Shown: positions 7,691 through 19,200 of the stretch, piece after piece | Layout of the letters: each line of letters opens with the position of its first letter | Numbering within the stretch: the stretch's first letter is position 1 | Virus record (IMG/VR): IMGVR_UViG_3300002307_000144 | Location: 1 to 33,927 of that record | Direction: 5' to 3' (one strand) | DNA: 33,927 bases | From: a virus | Lineage: Duplodnaviria > Caudoviricetes | Made by a program: the position numbers and the translations under genes | The notes under the pieces: model-generated | Databases searched by the model: none | What the model was told of the DNA's origin: nothing | Seen by the model: the letters and a program-made list of their open reading frames with translations, nothing else

Positions 7691-9346
7691 TTATATGTCA
7701 GCCTGCCAAACCCACACCCCGTTAACTATCAGGTACTCTTTTGTCGTTCTTACTCCGCTGTCAATACATTGAATTCTACATATTGTATTAGATGTATGTT
7801 CGTATGGCGGAAATACTGGGGTGATAATTGCACTAGATATCTGGATATTTGTCAACCCTGTTGTATCAGAAACTAGTCCTAACGGTGCTTGTTGTATATA
7901 AGTCTGAAGGGTATTTAAATTTATTGCATCTGTACTGTTTATAGCGGCTGCTACATTCGAGATGCGTTTATTGCTAACATCGACCGTACCTTGATTTTTA
8001 GGTTCTAATGTTATTGTTCCGTCAGTAATCGAAGAATTTGTAAAACTAATTGTAGAATTGTTAAAAGAAACACTAGCTACCTGAAGTGAACTTAATATCC
8101 CAACACTAGACAACCCTGGAGCACTCGTGACTGTCGACCCTAATGCAGTTTGTGACAATACAAGAAATCCGTTCACATAATACCCGTTGCCTGATATCAA
8201 GTTAATATTCTCTGATGAGACCCAACTGCTATTAAGTGATTGCCAAACTAATGTCTTATTTCCATCTGTGCCACCTTCAATGCTAATGCCGCCACCATTT
8301 GCAGTTGTATTAGATGGGTTTGCAACTGCACCTAATTGAATAACCAAATCTTCTATATTAACATTAACTGTATTGATTGTAGTAGTGTTACCTTCAACAG
8401 TTAAATTACCCCTAATAATAGTATCGCCATTTACATCAAACGTGGCGCCCGGTACATCAGTATAAATCCCCACTCTTCCTTGTTGTGCATTAACAAAAAT
8501 GCCCGGTAATAATCCCGAACTGGTTAATACATTGATTTCAAAATTTTGATTATAAATATTGGAAGAAATTTGAAACGAAGATGGTGATACGATAATTTCA
8601 GTATCTTGATTTTGACCCAAAATTAATGCCTTGTTGTTTTGTATTGTTAATGTCCCAGTTGTTGTAGAATCATTAATAGTTGATACAAAATTCTCAGCAG
8701 ACATTAATGAACCATCTTGTGCTAGTAGATAATCCGATTGCGTTACCGGCACATGAAATTTAATTCCGGAATAATTACTTACGTTAAACCCAACATTTAT
8801 CTTACCAGTAAATCCAGATATTGGATTAAGTGGAGTGAATGAATCTTTACTTAAAATGCCAATTAATATTTGTGCAACGTAAACTTTAATAATTGTTCGA
8901 CTTTTTGCGGTTGAATCGACAATATCTTCTACTGAAAATCCCGAAATACCTTGTTGAGCGGTATATACTGGACCGGTTAATACTAGATTTGTGCCGTCAT
9001 AAAAATGTAGTTGTCTAGCATAACTATCGATCCAGAGGTCGCCTTGCGTAAATGACATTGGTTCTGTATTTGCAACAATAGTACCACCAGTTACTATGAA
9101 TGCAGACCCGTTGTAGACTTTTAAACGATTTTCACTAGTATCAAACCATAGCTGCCCGGTGATAGCGTAATCCGGACTACTAGTATTCGCAAAATTTTCT
9201 AGCAAATATACAAAATTTTCATTTACATATGATCCATAATTGCTTGCATCTTTACCAATTAACGTTAGATTTGTTGTTTGATCAACAGTACCGTCGGCAA
9301 TTTGAGTTAATGTTGACCCATCGGTTTTTAATATAGTATAACTCAT
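7691..9346 (-). CDS. Baseplate/tail-fibre structural protein
   Basis: 551 aa. Shared N-module (NLTLIGKD..YG..NENFVYLLENFAN..GQLWFD). Fibre-shaft motifs GRVGIYTDVP..FDVNG, IRGNLTVEGNTTTINT..IEDLVIQLG and RISNVAAAINSTDAIN. ATGA overlap with the upstream gene. Confidence 0.75.
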   Translation of the reverse strand: MSYTILKTDGSTLTQIADGTVDQTTNLTLIGKDASNYGSYVNENFVYLLENFANTSSPDYAITGQLWFDTSENRLKVYNGSAFIVTGGTIVANTEPMSFTQGDLWIDSYARQLHFYDGTNLVLTGPVYTAQQGISGFSVEDIVDSTAKSRTIIKVYVAQILIGILSKDSFTPLNPISGFTGKINVGFNVSNYSGIKFHVPVTQSDYLLAQDGSLMSAENFVSTINDSTTTGTLTIQNNKALILGQNQDTEIIVSPSSFQISSNIYNQNFEINVLTSSGLLPGIFVNAQQGRVGIYTDVPGATFDVNGDTIIRGNLTVEGNTTTINTVNVNIEDLVIQLGAVANPSNTTANGGGISIEGGTDGNKTLVWQSLNSSWVSSENINLISGNGYYVNGFLVLSQTALGSTVTSAPGLSSVGILSSLQVASVSFNNSTISFTNSSITDGTITLEPKNQGTVDVSNKRISNVAAAINSTDAINLNTLQTYIQQAPLGLVSDTTGLTNIQISSAIITPVFPPYEHTSNTICRIQCIDSGVRTTKEYLIVNGVWVWQADI

Positions 9347-11550
9347 GAAATAACTCCGGTAAAAATGATATAATTTATAGTTATATACGGATTCATTGTA
9401 CTAACAGGTTGTGACAATTTATCTGATACTACATTACCCGAATACGGATACCCATATCCAGAATTATTGGTTACCGATAATCCGTATCCCGAAATAGCTG
9501 CATCATCAACAACATTTGGTGCACCTACTGCGTAATATTGGGTATTACCACTACTCATATTATGTGTATGCTCTGGCAAATTTGAAGTCGATAACGTTTG
9601 ATTTTCAGTGCCTGCACCTGCACCTATGTTGTCAGCGGATACATCAGTAACACGATTTGCAGAGCCGCCTCCTGCATTAATTTGAATATTGGAATTTCCT
9701 TTACTAGGAACCGTTAGGTGATTATTCATATTATCTGCACCTAAAGGAAATCTGCCTCTTAAATCAGGTAATGCAAATGTATTGAATCCCAATAATAATG
9801 CGCTTGCTCGGTATGTATGTTGAATAATAGAAAATAATACACTATATTTCGAAATCGATACTTCACTACCTTCACATAACAAGTATCCTGCAGGAGGTGT
9901 GGTTCCAGCAAATGGAAATATTGCACCGACTGGCACTACTGGTAGATTCGATATAATTGTTGCTTTCGATGTTTTTCTTAATACAGTACTTGATGAATTA
10001 GTTATAGGATCGACCGTTGTCCTACTAATTAAGAAATAATCAGTTGTTTTAGTATCAGTAGCTTCGGTTTTAGATGTAATGATGCTAGTGTTTAAACTTG
10101 TGTGAAATGTGGAAGTGCCGCCACTACCTGTAAACGTCAAATCATTGCTTAATATATCACCCGAAAAATTAAATGTAGTAGAACTAGTGAGTGACGATGC
10201 CGAACCATTTACATTACCATTAAATGTTCCGCTAAATACTCCGCGGAACGTAGAAGAATTGTCTATTTTTCCGAAAGTAGTTGCATGTACAGTTCTAAAT
10301 GCCAGTAATTCGGTGCCGATATCATAATATCCGCTAGCAGATGAAGATCCCGGAACAATAACCGGGCCTGCTACAGGTCGAGGTGGTATATTAGTGTCAT
10401 AGTTGTTTATTTGTATTAAACCATTAATATTCGAATTTCCGCCAACATATAATCCTTTTATTGCTGATATACCGCCAGTTGTAGAAATACTCGCATTACT
10501 AATGCTTAATAGATTATTACTATCATATATATCGGATCCGCCTGTTACAATTAATTTCCCTCTGATCGGACTGCTTTGTGTAGTATCATCTCTAATAGTA
10601 ACGACTCCTACAACATCTAATGCTGTAGACGGTGAAGTATTGTTTGGGCCGACTCCTACCCTTCCGTTAGCATTTAAGTAAAGTACAGATTGTGATACCC
10701 CCTGACTAGTTTTCAATAAAAACTCAACGCCTTTTCCTGAAGAATTTGAATTAAACGTTACTGCGCTCGATGCTAATCCGATATTAAAACTTAAATCTCC
10801 ACCTAAACTGAGTCCGCCATCTGATCTAATCCTAAATGGGTTGCTTGTTGTACTGACAATGTCGCTTCTTAAAAAATTTCCGGACCCGATAGTAGTGCCA
10901 TTTATACTTAATGCATCGGCTTCGCTAGCTCGACCCCATAGTTTTGTTGGTAAAGGGGTACCCGAGTTTAATGTGATTCCTTGGTTAATATAAGAGAATC
11001 CAACAATAGTTGTTTTCGGTGTAAATGCTGCATTACTGACTATTGCCATTAATGTTCCGTCTGCATAAATTCCAGTAACGGTACGAGGTGTGTCACTTAT
11101 GTCAATAATCGGTAAAACTTGTGCGCCTGTCTTTGATCCTGTACTATATTGTGGCCCTACCAATAACCATGCTGCTCCTGAATATACATAAACTTGATGA
11201 TTTGCAGTGTCAACCCAAATGTCCCCGTTAATTGCAGATGCTGGCGCAATAGTTGATTTTTTAATTGCCCCTACTGGATTCCATTGTGTGCCATCATAAA
11301 CATTGAGCTGCTGCTGGCTTTTGTCGTACCACAACTGGCCTTCAATTGATTGACCGCCTACTGTGAGACTCGGCGGCTGTATATTTGCAAAATTTTCTAA
11401 CAGATGTAAAAAGTCTTCTGCAATAATGGGACCGTACCCAAAGTAATTTTTACCTACAAATGTGAGATTAGTATCATTATTAATCTGCTGGTCTTGTACC
11501 GTTATCGGAGAATTAGATGGATTTGTTGAAGATATTGTATAATTTCCCAT
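9343..11550 (-). CDS. Tail fibre protein with phage tail-collar domain (T4 gp12/gp10-like)
   Basis: 735 aa. Shared N-module. Collar motif VPVGAIFPFAGTTPPAGYLLCEG...FALPDLRGRFPLG (~9740-9937), then LxxxNLPEHTH (HxH) and terminal MNPYITINYIIFTG. Confidence 0.85.
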   Translation of the reverse strand: MGNYTISSTNPSNSPITVQDQQINNDTNLTFVGKNYFGYGPIIAEDFLHLLENFANIQPPSLTVGGQSIEGQLWYDKSQQQLNVYDGTQWNPVGAIKKSTIAPASAINGDIWVDTANHQVYVYSGAAWLLVGPQYSTGSKTGAQVLPIIDISDTPRTVTGIYADGTLMAIVSNAAFTPKTTIVGFSYINQGITLNSGTPLPTKLWGRASEADALSINGTTIGSGNFLRSDIVSTTSNPFRIRSDGGLSLGGDLSFNIGLASSAVTFNSNSSGKGVEFLLKTSQGVSQSVLYLNANGRVGVGPNNTSPSTALDVVGVVTIRDDTTQSSPIRGKLIVTGGSDIYDSNNLLSISNASISTTGGISAIKGLYVGGNSNINGLIQINNYDTNIPPRPVAGPVIVPGSSSASGYYDIGTELLAFRTVHATTFGKIDNSSTFRGVFSGTFNGNVNGSASSLTSSTTFNFSGDILSNDLTFTGSGGTSTFHTSLNTSIITSKTEATDTKTTDYFLISRTTVDPITNSSSTVLRKTSKATIISNLPVVPVGAIFPFAGTTPPAGYLLCEGSEVSISKYSVLFSIIQHTYRASALLLGFNTFALPDLRGRFPLGADNMNNHLTVPSKGNSNIQINAGGGSANRVTDVSADNIGAGAGTENQTLSTSNLPEHTHNMSSGNTQYYAVGAPNVVDDAAISGYGLSVTNNSGYGYPYSGNVVSDKLSQPVSTMNPYITINYIIFTGVIS

Positions 11551-11556
11551 CGATTA

Positions 11557-12156
11557 TTACCCCGTTAATCCTGTTAAACTTTGAATTCTAACTGTATAAT
11601 CAATCTGTATTAACCGATTTAATGACTTTTGAACAGGATGAAAAATTACATGTGTTAATAATAATCCAGTACCGGAAGAATTGTACCCAACTAATCCTAA
11701 TTCGTCAAATACATACGGAGTATTATTTGAATTATCAAATGCTGACTGATCACTGGGTTCACCATAATCTAATAAACAAGTAACAAAAACATCTGTATAT
11801 GTTGTTCCGGTCACATGTCTTGTTTCAATAAAATTTCTCGTAGGATCAGTATTATTGCTAGATGTGTCATTTACAACCTTAATATAAGTTTGGTTATATA
11901 AACTTGCGTTTGATCCCGAACTATTTGGTGACAAATATGTAATAATTCCTGTCGGATCTACAGATGTTCCGCCATTACCAAATGCCATCTGATATACAAA
12001 ACTGTCACTAACATTTGCAATAGATCTAGCTAATGCTATACTCATATTTTCATAATGGATTGCATTTCTTTTATTTACGTAGGTAAATTTTTCGACAGGA
12101 TCATGAATATGAATATGTCCTTCGATATGAATTCCTGTTAACTCTCTATTTTGCAT
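11557..12156 (-). CDS. Baseplate/tail structural protein (possible fibre-anchoring subunit)
   Basis: 199 aa. MAFGNGG, FDELGL and LLTHVIFHPVQKSLNRLIQIDYTVRI recall the ends of tail-fibre N-terminal (DUF3751-like) baseplate-attachment domains. Lies between baseplate and fibre genes. Confidence 0.6.
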   Translation of the reverse strand: MQNRELTGIHIEGHIHIHDPVEKFTYVNKRNAIHYENMSIALARSIANVSDSFVYQMAFGNGGTSVDPTGIITYLSPNSSGSNASLYNQTYIKVVNDTSSNNTDPTRNFIETRHVTGTTYTDVFVTCLLDYGEPSDQSAFDNSNNTPYVFDELGLVGYNSSGTGLLLTHVIFHPVQKSLNRLIQIDYTVRIQSLTGLTG

Positions 12157-12176
12157 AACGAACTCTCTTTATCTTA

Positions 12177-12184
12177 TATTTATC
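12177..12184 (-). promoter_or_regulatory. Putative late promoter GATAAATA
   Basis: Intergenic, 20 nt upstream of ATG 12156. Identical octamer at 32017-32024. Confidence 0.6.
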
Positions 12185-12203
12185 AAGCATATTAACCACT
12201 GTG

Positions 12204-13238
12204 TTAATTCAAGTCACTCCACAACGTGCCGGTGTATACCTGTAATGTATTTGTAGATTTATTAAATAGAACCGTGCCCGGTTGAACATTCGTCAATGCA
12301 TTGCGGTCAACAGTAAAATATGATGGGAATACTAATGGCGATGTTAACGAAATACTTCCTTGAAATACTGGTGCAATTATAGTTCTATTAACACTTAGAT
12401 GCAAGTTAACTGCATCATATATTAAACTTGCATAAGGAGTATTTAATGTGGGTTCTATAATATTAATTTCGCTAGTTACTGTAGCTAATGAAGCTTGATC
12501 ATTAGTAATTTCAGTATTTAAACTCAAAATCTGTTCTTCAAGCGAACTAATTGCATTGTTGAGAGTATTAATTTGGTTTGTTCTATTCGGTGACGGTGTT
12601 TGTGACTGCCAGAATGCTAACTGAGATTGATCTGATTCTAAACTCGATTCGGCTGTAAGTAACTGCGATTGCAAAGAATTAATATTATTAGCTAGCGTTG
12701 CTTGTTGATTCAACAACCCTTGATACCAAGAATACGCAGCACTTGCATTTCCTATCAGATGTGCCCGTGTAGTATCTACATTACCAGTTACTGTGCCTGT
12801 TACGTTACCAGTTAAATTTCCGGTTACGTTACCAGTTAAATTTCCGGTTACGTTACCAGTTAAATTTCCGGTTACGTTACCAGTTAATGAGTTTACTGAT
12901 AACGTAATAGTTTTCGACGAATTATCTGTACCAATTGTGATGTTGTTGCCTGCTGCAAGAGTTAACGTGGTTTGTAAAGAATCAGCCACAATAGAATTGT
13001 TCCCGTTAACCTCAATTAACGATATAGATCCTCGATTTGGTTGGCTATTTGTAATTACAAACGCCCCCAATGATCCAGATATTGCAATACCTTGCCCGGC
13101 AGAAATGTTTGTTACACTATCTTGGATTGATGCATATAATTCAGTAAAATTAGAATTAACTTTTTGGGCGCCTTGTCTAAGTGTATCCCCGGAGCCATCG
13201 TTTGGTGTTACTCCGACATTTATTAATTGTTGTGACAT
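12204..13238 (-). CDS. T4 gp9/gp10-like baseplate-attached fibre/connector protein
   Basis: 344 aa. N-terminus QQLINVGVTPNDGSGDTLRQGAQKVNSNFTELY is the gp9/gp10 N-terminal signature. It is followed by (GNLTGNVT)n repeats, a heptad coiled-coil region and a C-terminal PSY..DRNAL..PGTVLFN..LQVYTG..W module. Confidence 0.8.
   Translation of the reverse strand: MSQQLINVGVTPNDGSGDTLRQGAQKVNSNFTELYASIQDSVTNISAGQGIAISGSLGAFVITNSQPNRGSISLIEVNGNNSIVADSLQTTLTLAAGNNITIGTDNSSKTITLSVNSLTGNVTGNLTGNVTGNLTGNVTGNLTGNVTGTVTGNVDTTRAHLIGNASAAYSWYQGLLNQQATLANNINSLQSQLLTAESSLESDQSQLAFWQSQTPSPNRTNQINTLNNAISSLEEQILSLNTEITNDQASLATVTSEINIIEPTLNTPYASLIYDAVNLHLSVNRTIIAPVFQGSISLTSPLVFPSYFTVDRNALTNVQPGTVLFNKSTNTLQVYTGTLWSDLN
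12799..12887. repeat. Perfect 24-bp coding tandem repeat (GTTACGTTACCAGTTAAATTTCCG) x3.7
   Basis: Identical units at 12799, 12823 and 12847 plus a 17-nt partial at 12871. A degenerate unit lies to the left. Encodes GNLTGNVT on the minus strand. Confidence 0.95.
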
Positions 13239-13244
13239 GTTTTA

Positions 13245-16200
13245 TTATCCTTGGTCAAATGTATTTTTTGCACCATCAAATGTTGCTGTATAGGTATCTA
13301 ATGTAACCATACGTCTGTTACTTTCATATTTAGTGATACCGGTATACCAAATTCCGGGAACTTCTTTTAAGAAAGCACCCACCTTACCAGTATCATATAA
13401 AACACTGGTTTCTTTATCCCAATTTACTAAGGTTCTCTTAATTATAGTAACTCTAGTTCCAACTGCAAGCGAATTAGTTAATCTAATTTCTTGACTTGTC
13501 CCGTCTACAGAAAAATCAGCATCGAACCTTACATCACCGGCAGGACTATCCGGTGCTTGATTAACATTAAACACGCTATACGGCTCCTTTTTTAATCTTA
13601 TATTACCAATAAAGAATGACCAATGCTTAATATCAGCTTTAAATGATGTTGAACTAGTATGTTCAATAATACATTTATAAGTATAAGAGCCTATATTGAC
13701 TATAGTTCCGATTGCATAATGAACAGTCGATTCCCATGTTAAAGAGTCATCATACCCTCCAACAAAAACTTCGATATCATTGCATTGCTGATAACCTACC
13801 GGAATTGACGAATATACTTTCCAATAATATCCCTGTGACGGAACAGTTATTGCTGGCAACGACAAGTTAGCAACGTACGAAAGTATGTTGGCATAGTAAT
13901 ATCCGTTATAAGATACTACATCATTAACTGTGTAGCTAACCGTACTACTAAATTCATTTCTAAATGTATATCCGTAATCTGTAAACCAACGATCAATCGA
14001 TGTCGCACTTGGTATAAATGTTAACGGTATTATATTATTAGAAATGTCCGTTAATGTATATGTTAAACCAACCGGTATACCTATTTTTGTTTTAATTGCC
14101 GATCCATTAAATTGTTCACTTAATGTAAATGTCGTTGAGCCATTAGTTGTTATGATATAATAAATTTTACCTGTTGTATAATTAACAATACTACCTGTGC
14201 CGCCTATTGTACCATTAATTGTAATCTCCTGACCAACGACAAGACTCGATGTTTTGCAACTAAATGCTCCATTTTTACTAGTGATGGATACATTTAATAG
14301 TTCAGGGGCTGGTATAGTATATTGCTGAATAATTGTAGTATCAGAATATGGCATAGTTTCACTTGACCCAATTTCTTGTACACAGGACCCTACAGCATGG
14401 AATGCAGGGGTACCTGTTCCTAGAGTTCCTCTTCTTAGTTGTCCTAACCTATAATAATCGTTAGAATTATCTAATACATGGGTTGTTGTGAAATATTCAA
14501 TACGTTCTCCTCGTATCTCAATTATTCCTGGGCGATTTGATGAGGGGTCCGGAAGGGAAAAATTACCAGCATAATCAACTGCAATCGTTAAGTCATTATA
14601 TAATAAGTTCTGGCATAACTTTGCTTGTTTATATGAACTTAGTCTTTTATATTGATACCGATTTAACATATCTTTAAACTGCATATACGATATGCCCGGT
14701 TTTAAAATATTACTGTCAAAGGTAATTAACGCAAAGTCATCGTTTATCATAGGTGTTGCTGCTAGTGTAATACTAGACCTGTCGTCATTTAATTTAAAAT
14801 CAATACTCGGTGTTAAAATTGTACTATTCCGTATAACCCAAACATAACTATCATCAAGAATTGTACGATTTAACTTTAATTGTCTATTAAATATTTGTAA
14901 ATGCGAGAAATATTCTAATGTATTCGGTATCAATGTATTATTAAATGCTACATTTACATTAGTACGACCGATTTTTAAAATATCTTGTTTATAAAAACTA
15001 ATAACTTCGATTGTAGCATTATCGTATGCTATATCAAATGTAAGATGGGGCAATGCCGTTCCGTTCGATGGGGTATAGATGTATCCGGGATGTTGCTGAA
15101 TACTAATATATAAGTCCGTTCCGACATATTTTTTTGCAATAGTTTTTGTTAGTTTAACTGATATACCACTAAGATCAACGATATAATCAGTAATCGGCGT
15201 TAATAATATACCTGCAGATACGATAACCGAGACATCTATAATGTTGACCGAATTTGGCATTGCATAATCAGGTGAAATTGCGTAAATTAAGTCTTTATTA
15301 GTGCTAACTGTCCTAATTATAAACGGTATTACATTAGGACCTTTAATAATTTCTTGTCCGACTCTTACAATCATATTACCTTCGTATGGCAAACTACTGC
15401 CGACCTGATTTTCTAAAGGATAACTTATTGATCCATTGGCAGTTATTTTCTCTGATTTCATAATCGAAAAAGTTTGACTCGTTCCACTGACAATAATATA
15501 TGTGATTAGTTTGTCGGCTAGAGGTGGTTCATATAAAGATATTCCGATCAAGTTAGCAAGTCCGTTTGTTTCGGTTGTTTTAAATAATTTATAATCGGAA
15601 GTATTAAGTTGCACCCCGTCGATATAAATTAACGACGTTACCGGAGTTATCCATGGGGCTGTGGTGATAAATGTATTAGTCGATCCATTAGCAATAAAGG
15701 TTTTAATATCTAAAATATTAGATCCATTAAATCCAACACTAGTGATAGAGGCAACCGTTCCTACAGGTGGGGCAGTTTTAAAGATTACCGATGCAGCACG
15801 ATAGTCCACTGTATAATCAGTATCAATTAACATAAGTTTAGTGTCAGTGTATTGATTTGTAGAGTTTTGGTATCCAGAAATTAATTTAACAAGGACTGCT
15901 TGATCACTATTCGGAGTTTGTGACATTGCAAATTCGGTTTGGCTTCCATTCCCGTAATAAGTATCAGTTAAAATTATTGCAGAACTAGTTGATGGACGAT
16001 CATATACCTTAATTGCAAGAGTATCAACTACTTGTCCGGGAACAACTTCTTCTGTTGCGGGACAAGTAGTAGTAGTTACAAACCCATTACCGTCGACAAT
16101 AATATCATCAGCTGCTAATCCAGTAGCAGTAGTATATACTCTGTTGACATTATCGAGCGTTCCGCCGATAAGAGCAGTATCATAGTCATCTTGTAACGGT

Positions 16201-19200
16201 GATATTGAACCATCACTTGTACTTTGTCTAAAAATAAAGGTATCATTAGTAGTAATAGTAAATGTATCCGGTATCAGTATAGTGTTTGAGACACCGGTTG
16301 CTACTACTGTTGCCATTACTACAGACGGCTTGTTAACAAGAGGTATCCCAACATAAGACGGATCGTCGATTCTAACTGCATTTATCTTATCAGTTCCCGC
16401 AGCAGCATAGTAAATATTAATCTGTGTTCCTGCTGCTGGAGTATACGGTAAAGTAAATGTGTTACTAACTACACTTACTGTTTTAATATAATCAGTAAAC
16501 GAGTCGTCTGAACTGTCCCATCTATCACTGTAATATGCAGAGCTATCCCATCCGCGGTTAATTTCGAATCCCAATCCGGTTACTGTTACTCCGCCGTAAT
16601 CAATGCCTGTCATTAATTGCGATAAATCTTTGCCAATGCTCCCGGTTACAGGGTTATAATAGTACTGAATTCTATCTGCTGCATTTAAAATCGACCAATC
16701 TTTAATATAAGAGATGTTAATTACTGCACCCTTTGACGGTGCTGTATCAAACACAAGTAATCCTGAATATTTTGTATACCCTAATTGTTTAGATGCAACA
16801 ATTTTTAACCTATATGTGTCTCTTAAAACATTAGAGTTATCTATTGTAATAGTTGACTGCCCGATACGTATATCCGGGGCCCACGCTAACGGAAATTGTA
16901 ATTTAGAACCTGTTCCAATTATAGTTTCAGTTTCTTGCAATTCTGTAATAAAATATGTTTGTGTAATTCTATCAAATTTCATTTTAATTAAATTAGATCT
17001 TATTACACTGTTTCCGAGAATCGCAACTGCTTTAGCTGAAGTACCGTTACTTGCCAGTCCCCCTACAAGATTGATTGTTGGAGCAGTTAAATACCCCGAT
17101 CCACTCTTAACTATTATAATTCTGTTTACCGTTCCTTTTGAAATATATGCAACTGCTTGCGCACCTGATCCGCTATTGCTTACTATTTCGACTATCGGAT
17201 TTGAAATATATCCACTGCCGCCGTTTATAATTGCTAGATTAGTAATACTAAATCCAACATTATCCAGCCAGAATTTCCATGGGTAAGTGTTAATTGTTGA
17301 ATCGATGGATCCGATCTTACCAGCAATTAAATCAACTGATACCGGTACCATTTCCCCATTCTTTATTACTGCCGGTAAATCAAAATCAGTAGCTGCTTGA
17401 TAGTTAACATCTAACGAATTATAATTGCTTATATATTCTCTAATTTTTGTTCTGTATGGCTTTACTTCTGCGACATAAGATTGAAAATCTGATAAATGAT
17501 CATTGTTATATGTAACTTTTTGTGATAAGCTGCCAACATTGTGCTGTGCCTTAATGAAGCTAGTTTTAAATATCCAATCAACATACAACTGTTCATTAAG
17601 AATATATCGAACGCTTGTAAAAAATAAATTTATATATTCTTGTTCTAAATTGTCAATAAAGATGTCGTTCTTAATTGCATTAAGAATATATCGTATTTCA
17701 CTCGACGCATAATCATCGTATACTTCGGCATCGTATAATGAATTATCATATCCGTAAATAGTGTTATCAAACTCATACAACGAGGAACGAAATTGGATTG
17801 TGCCGTTTTGTGCCCCAACAATAACATAACTTTGCGTCCAATCAGTACTTGTTGAGTTAGTATATTTCTTTAACAACACCCAATTACCAGAATTGTTAGT
17901 AATTACCTTAACAAGACTTCCGATCTCAGCTTGGAGAGTTGATAATTCAACAAATGTATTAACAACAAGCGTATATGTTGTAAATTGATTATATCCGGAT
18001 TGGTACCAGTCAATATAATACCAAAATTGAGTCGTATCGTATGCTTGGGTATCAACCTTTGACCAAACTTCAGTAGTAACATCATAATAATAAATGGCCC
18101 ACTTATTAAATGAAGTAGAATCAGTTTTCACTAAAACTGCACCTGATCTAGTTAATAATAATGTTTGACTATCATACCCCTCGCCCGGCATTATAACATC
18201 AACTCCAATTATTTGTCCATAAGAGTTGATGATCGATTTAATAACCGATCCTTTACCTGTCCCAACCACCTCGATGAACGGAGCATAAACATATCCCTTC
18301 CCCGGATCAACAATTTTAACTCCGGTAATTCTTCCATCAACAATGATCGGAATTAATGAAGGAACTTTAAAGTTACTAGTATTAACATAACTTAATTCAG
18401 CATCAGTATCAATAACTATATCATATCTTCCTTGAATGGTATTCGGAATCTCATCTATTGTTTCTAATTTCGATAAATTAAATTGATCAACTACTTGATG
18501 ATTAATTAACACACGGTTAGCTTGTTCAATAAGTTGTTTTAATGCCTCAAATCGATTAATAAACATGCCTTGTCGAGGACGATTTTCGACACCGTATCGA
18601 ATTTTTAATGGCAATGTAGGATCCGGCACAGTACGACCTTGTAAATCAAGCCCGCATAAACTATCAAACCATTTTTGTTCAATTAATCCAGGTATTCTAG
18701 TGCCTGGAGAAGAACTAATCAAATTCCATTGGCTATGAATATTTCGATTAGAATTTTCATTTATCCAGTATTGTACTGATAATACTATTTCAGAATTTTC
18801 CAATAACGGCTTAACATTAAACAAACTAACAGAATTGGATCCGGTAAATGCGATAAATTTATTGCCGGTACTTCTCGGGTTACTAATTAGTTCAGACACA
18901 CTACTTGCTGAAATTGTTCTATTTTCTGTTGCCGGAATTAATTTGTTATTCTTAACCCAATAATAATACTTTTGTGTATATGATTCGTTTAGTGTATTAT
19001 AATTAGACACTATCGAATATGCGCTATCACCATATAAACTTATGCCACTAACCCCTTTTGCTAATCCCGGCACAGTGTCTGCAATTGCATCCCATTCAGA
19101 TGGTAACAATGTAGTTTCTACCCATTCGTATATATCAATACTTGATCCCGGAAATAATCGATTCCACGTATTATTTCTATATACCACATCACTATCATAG

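Noticed and set aside
12799-12887. Possible CRISPR array
   Set aside because: The units are directly adjacent with no spacers and are in-frame coding repeats.
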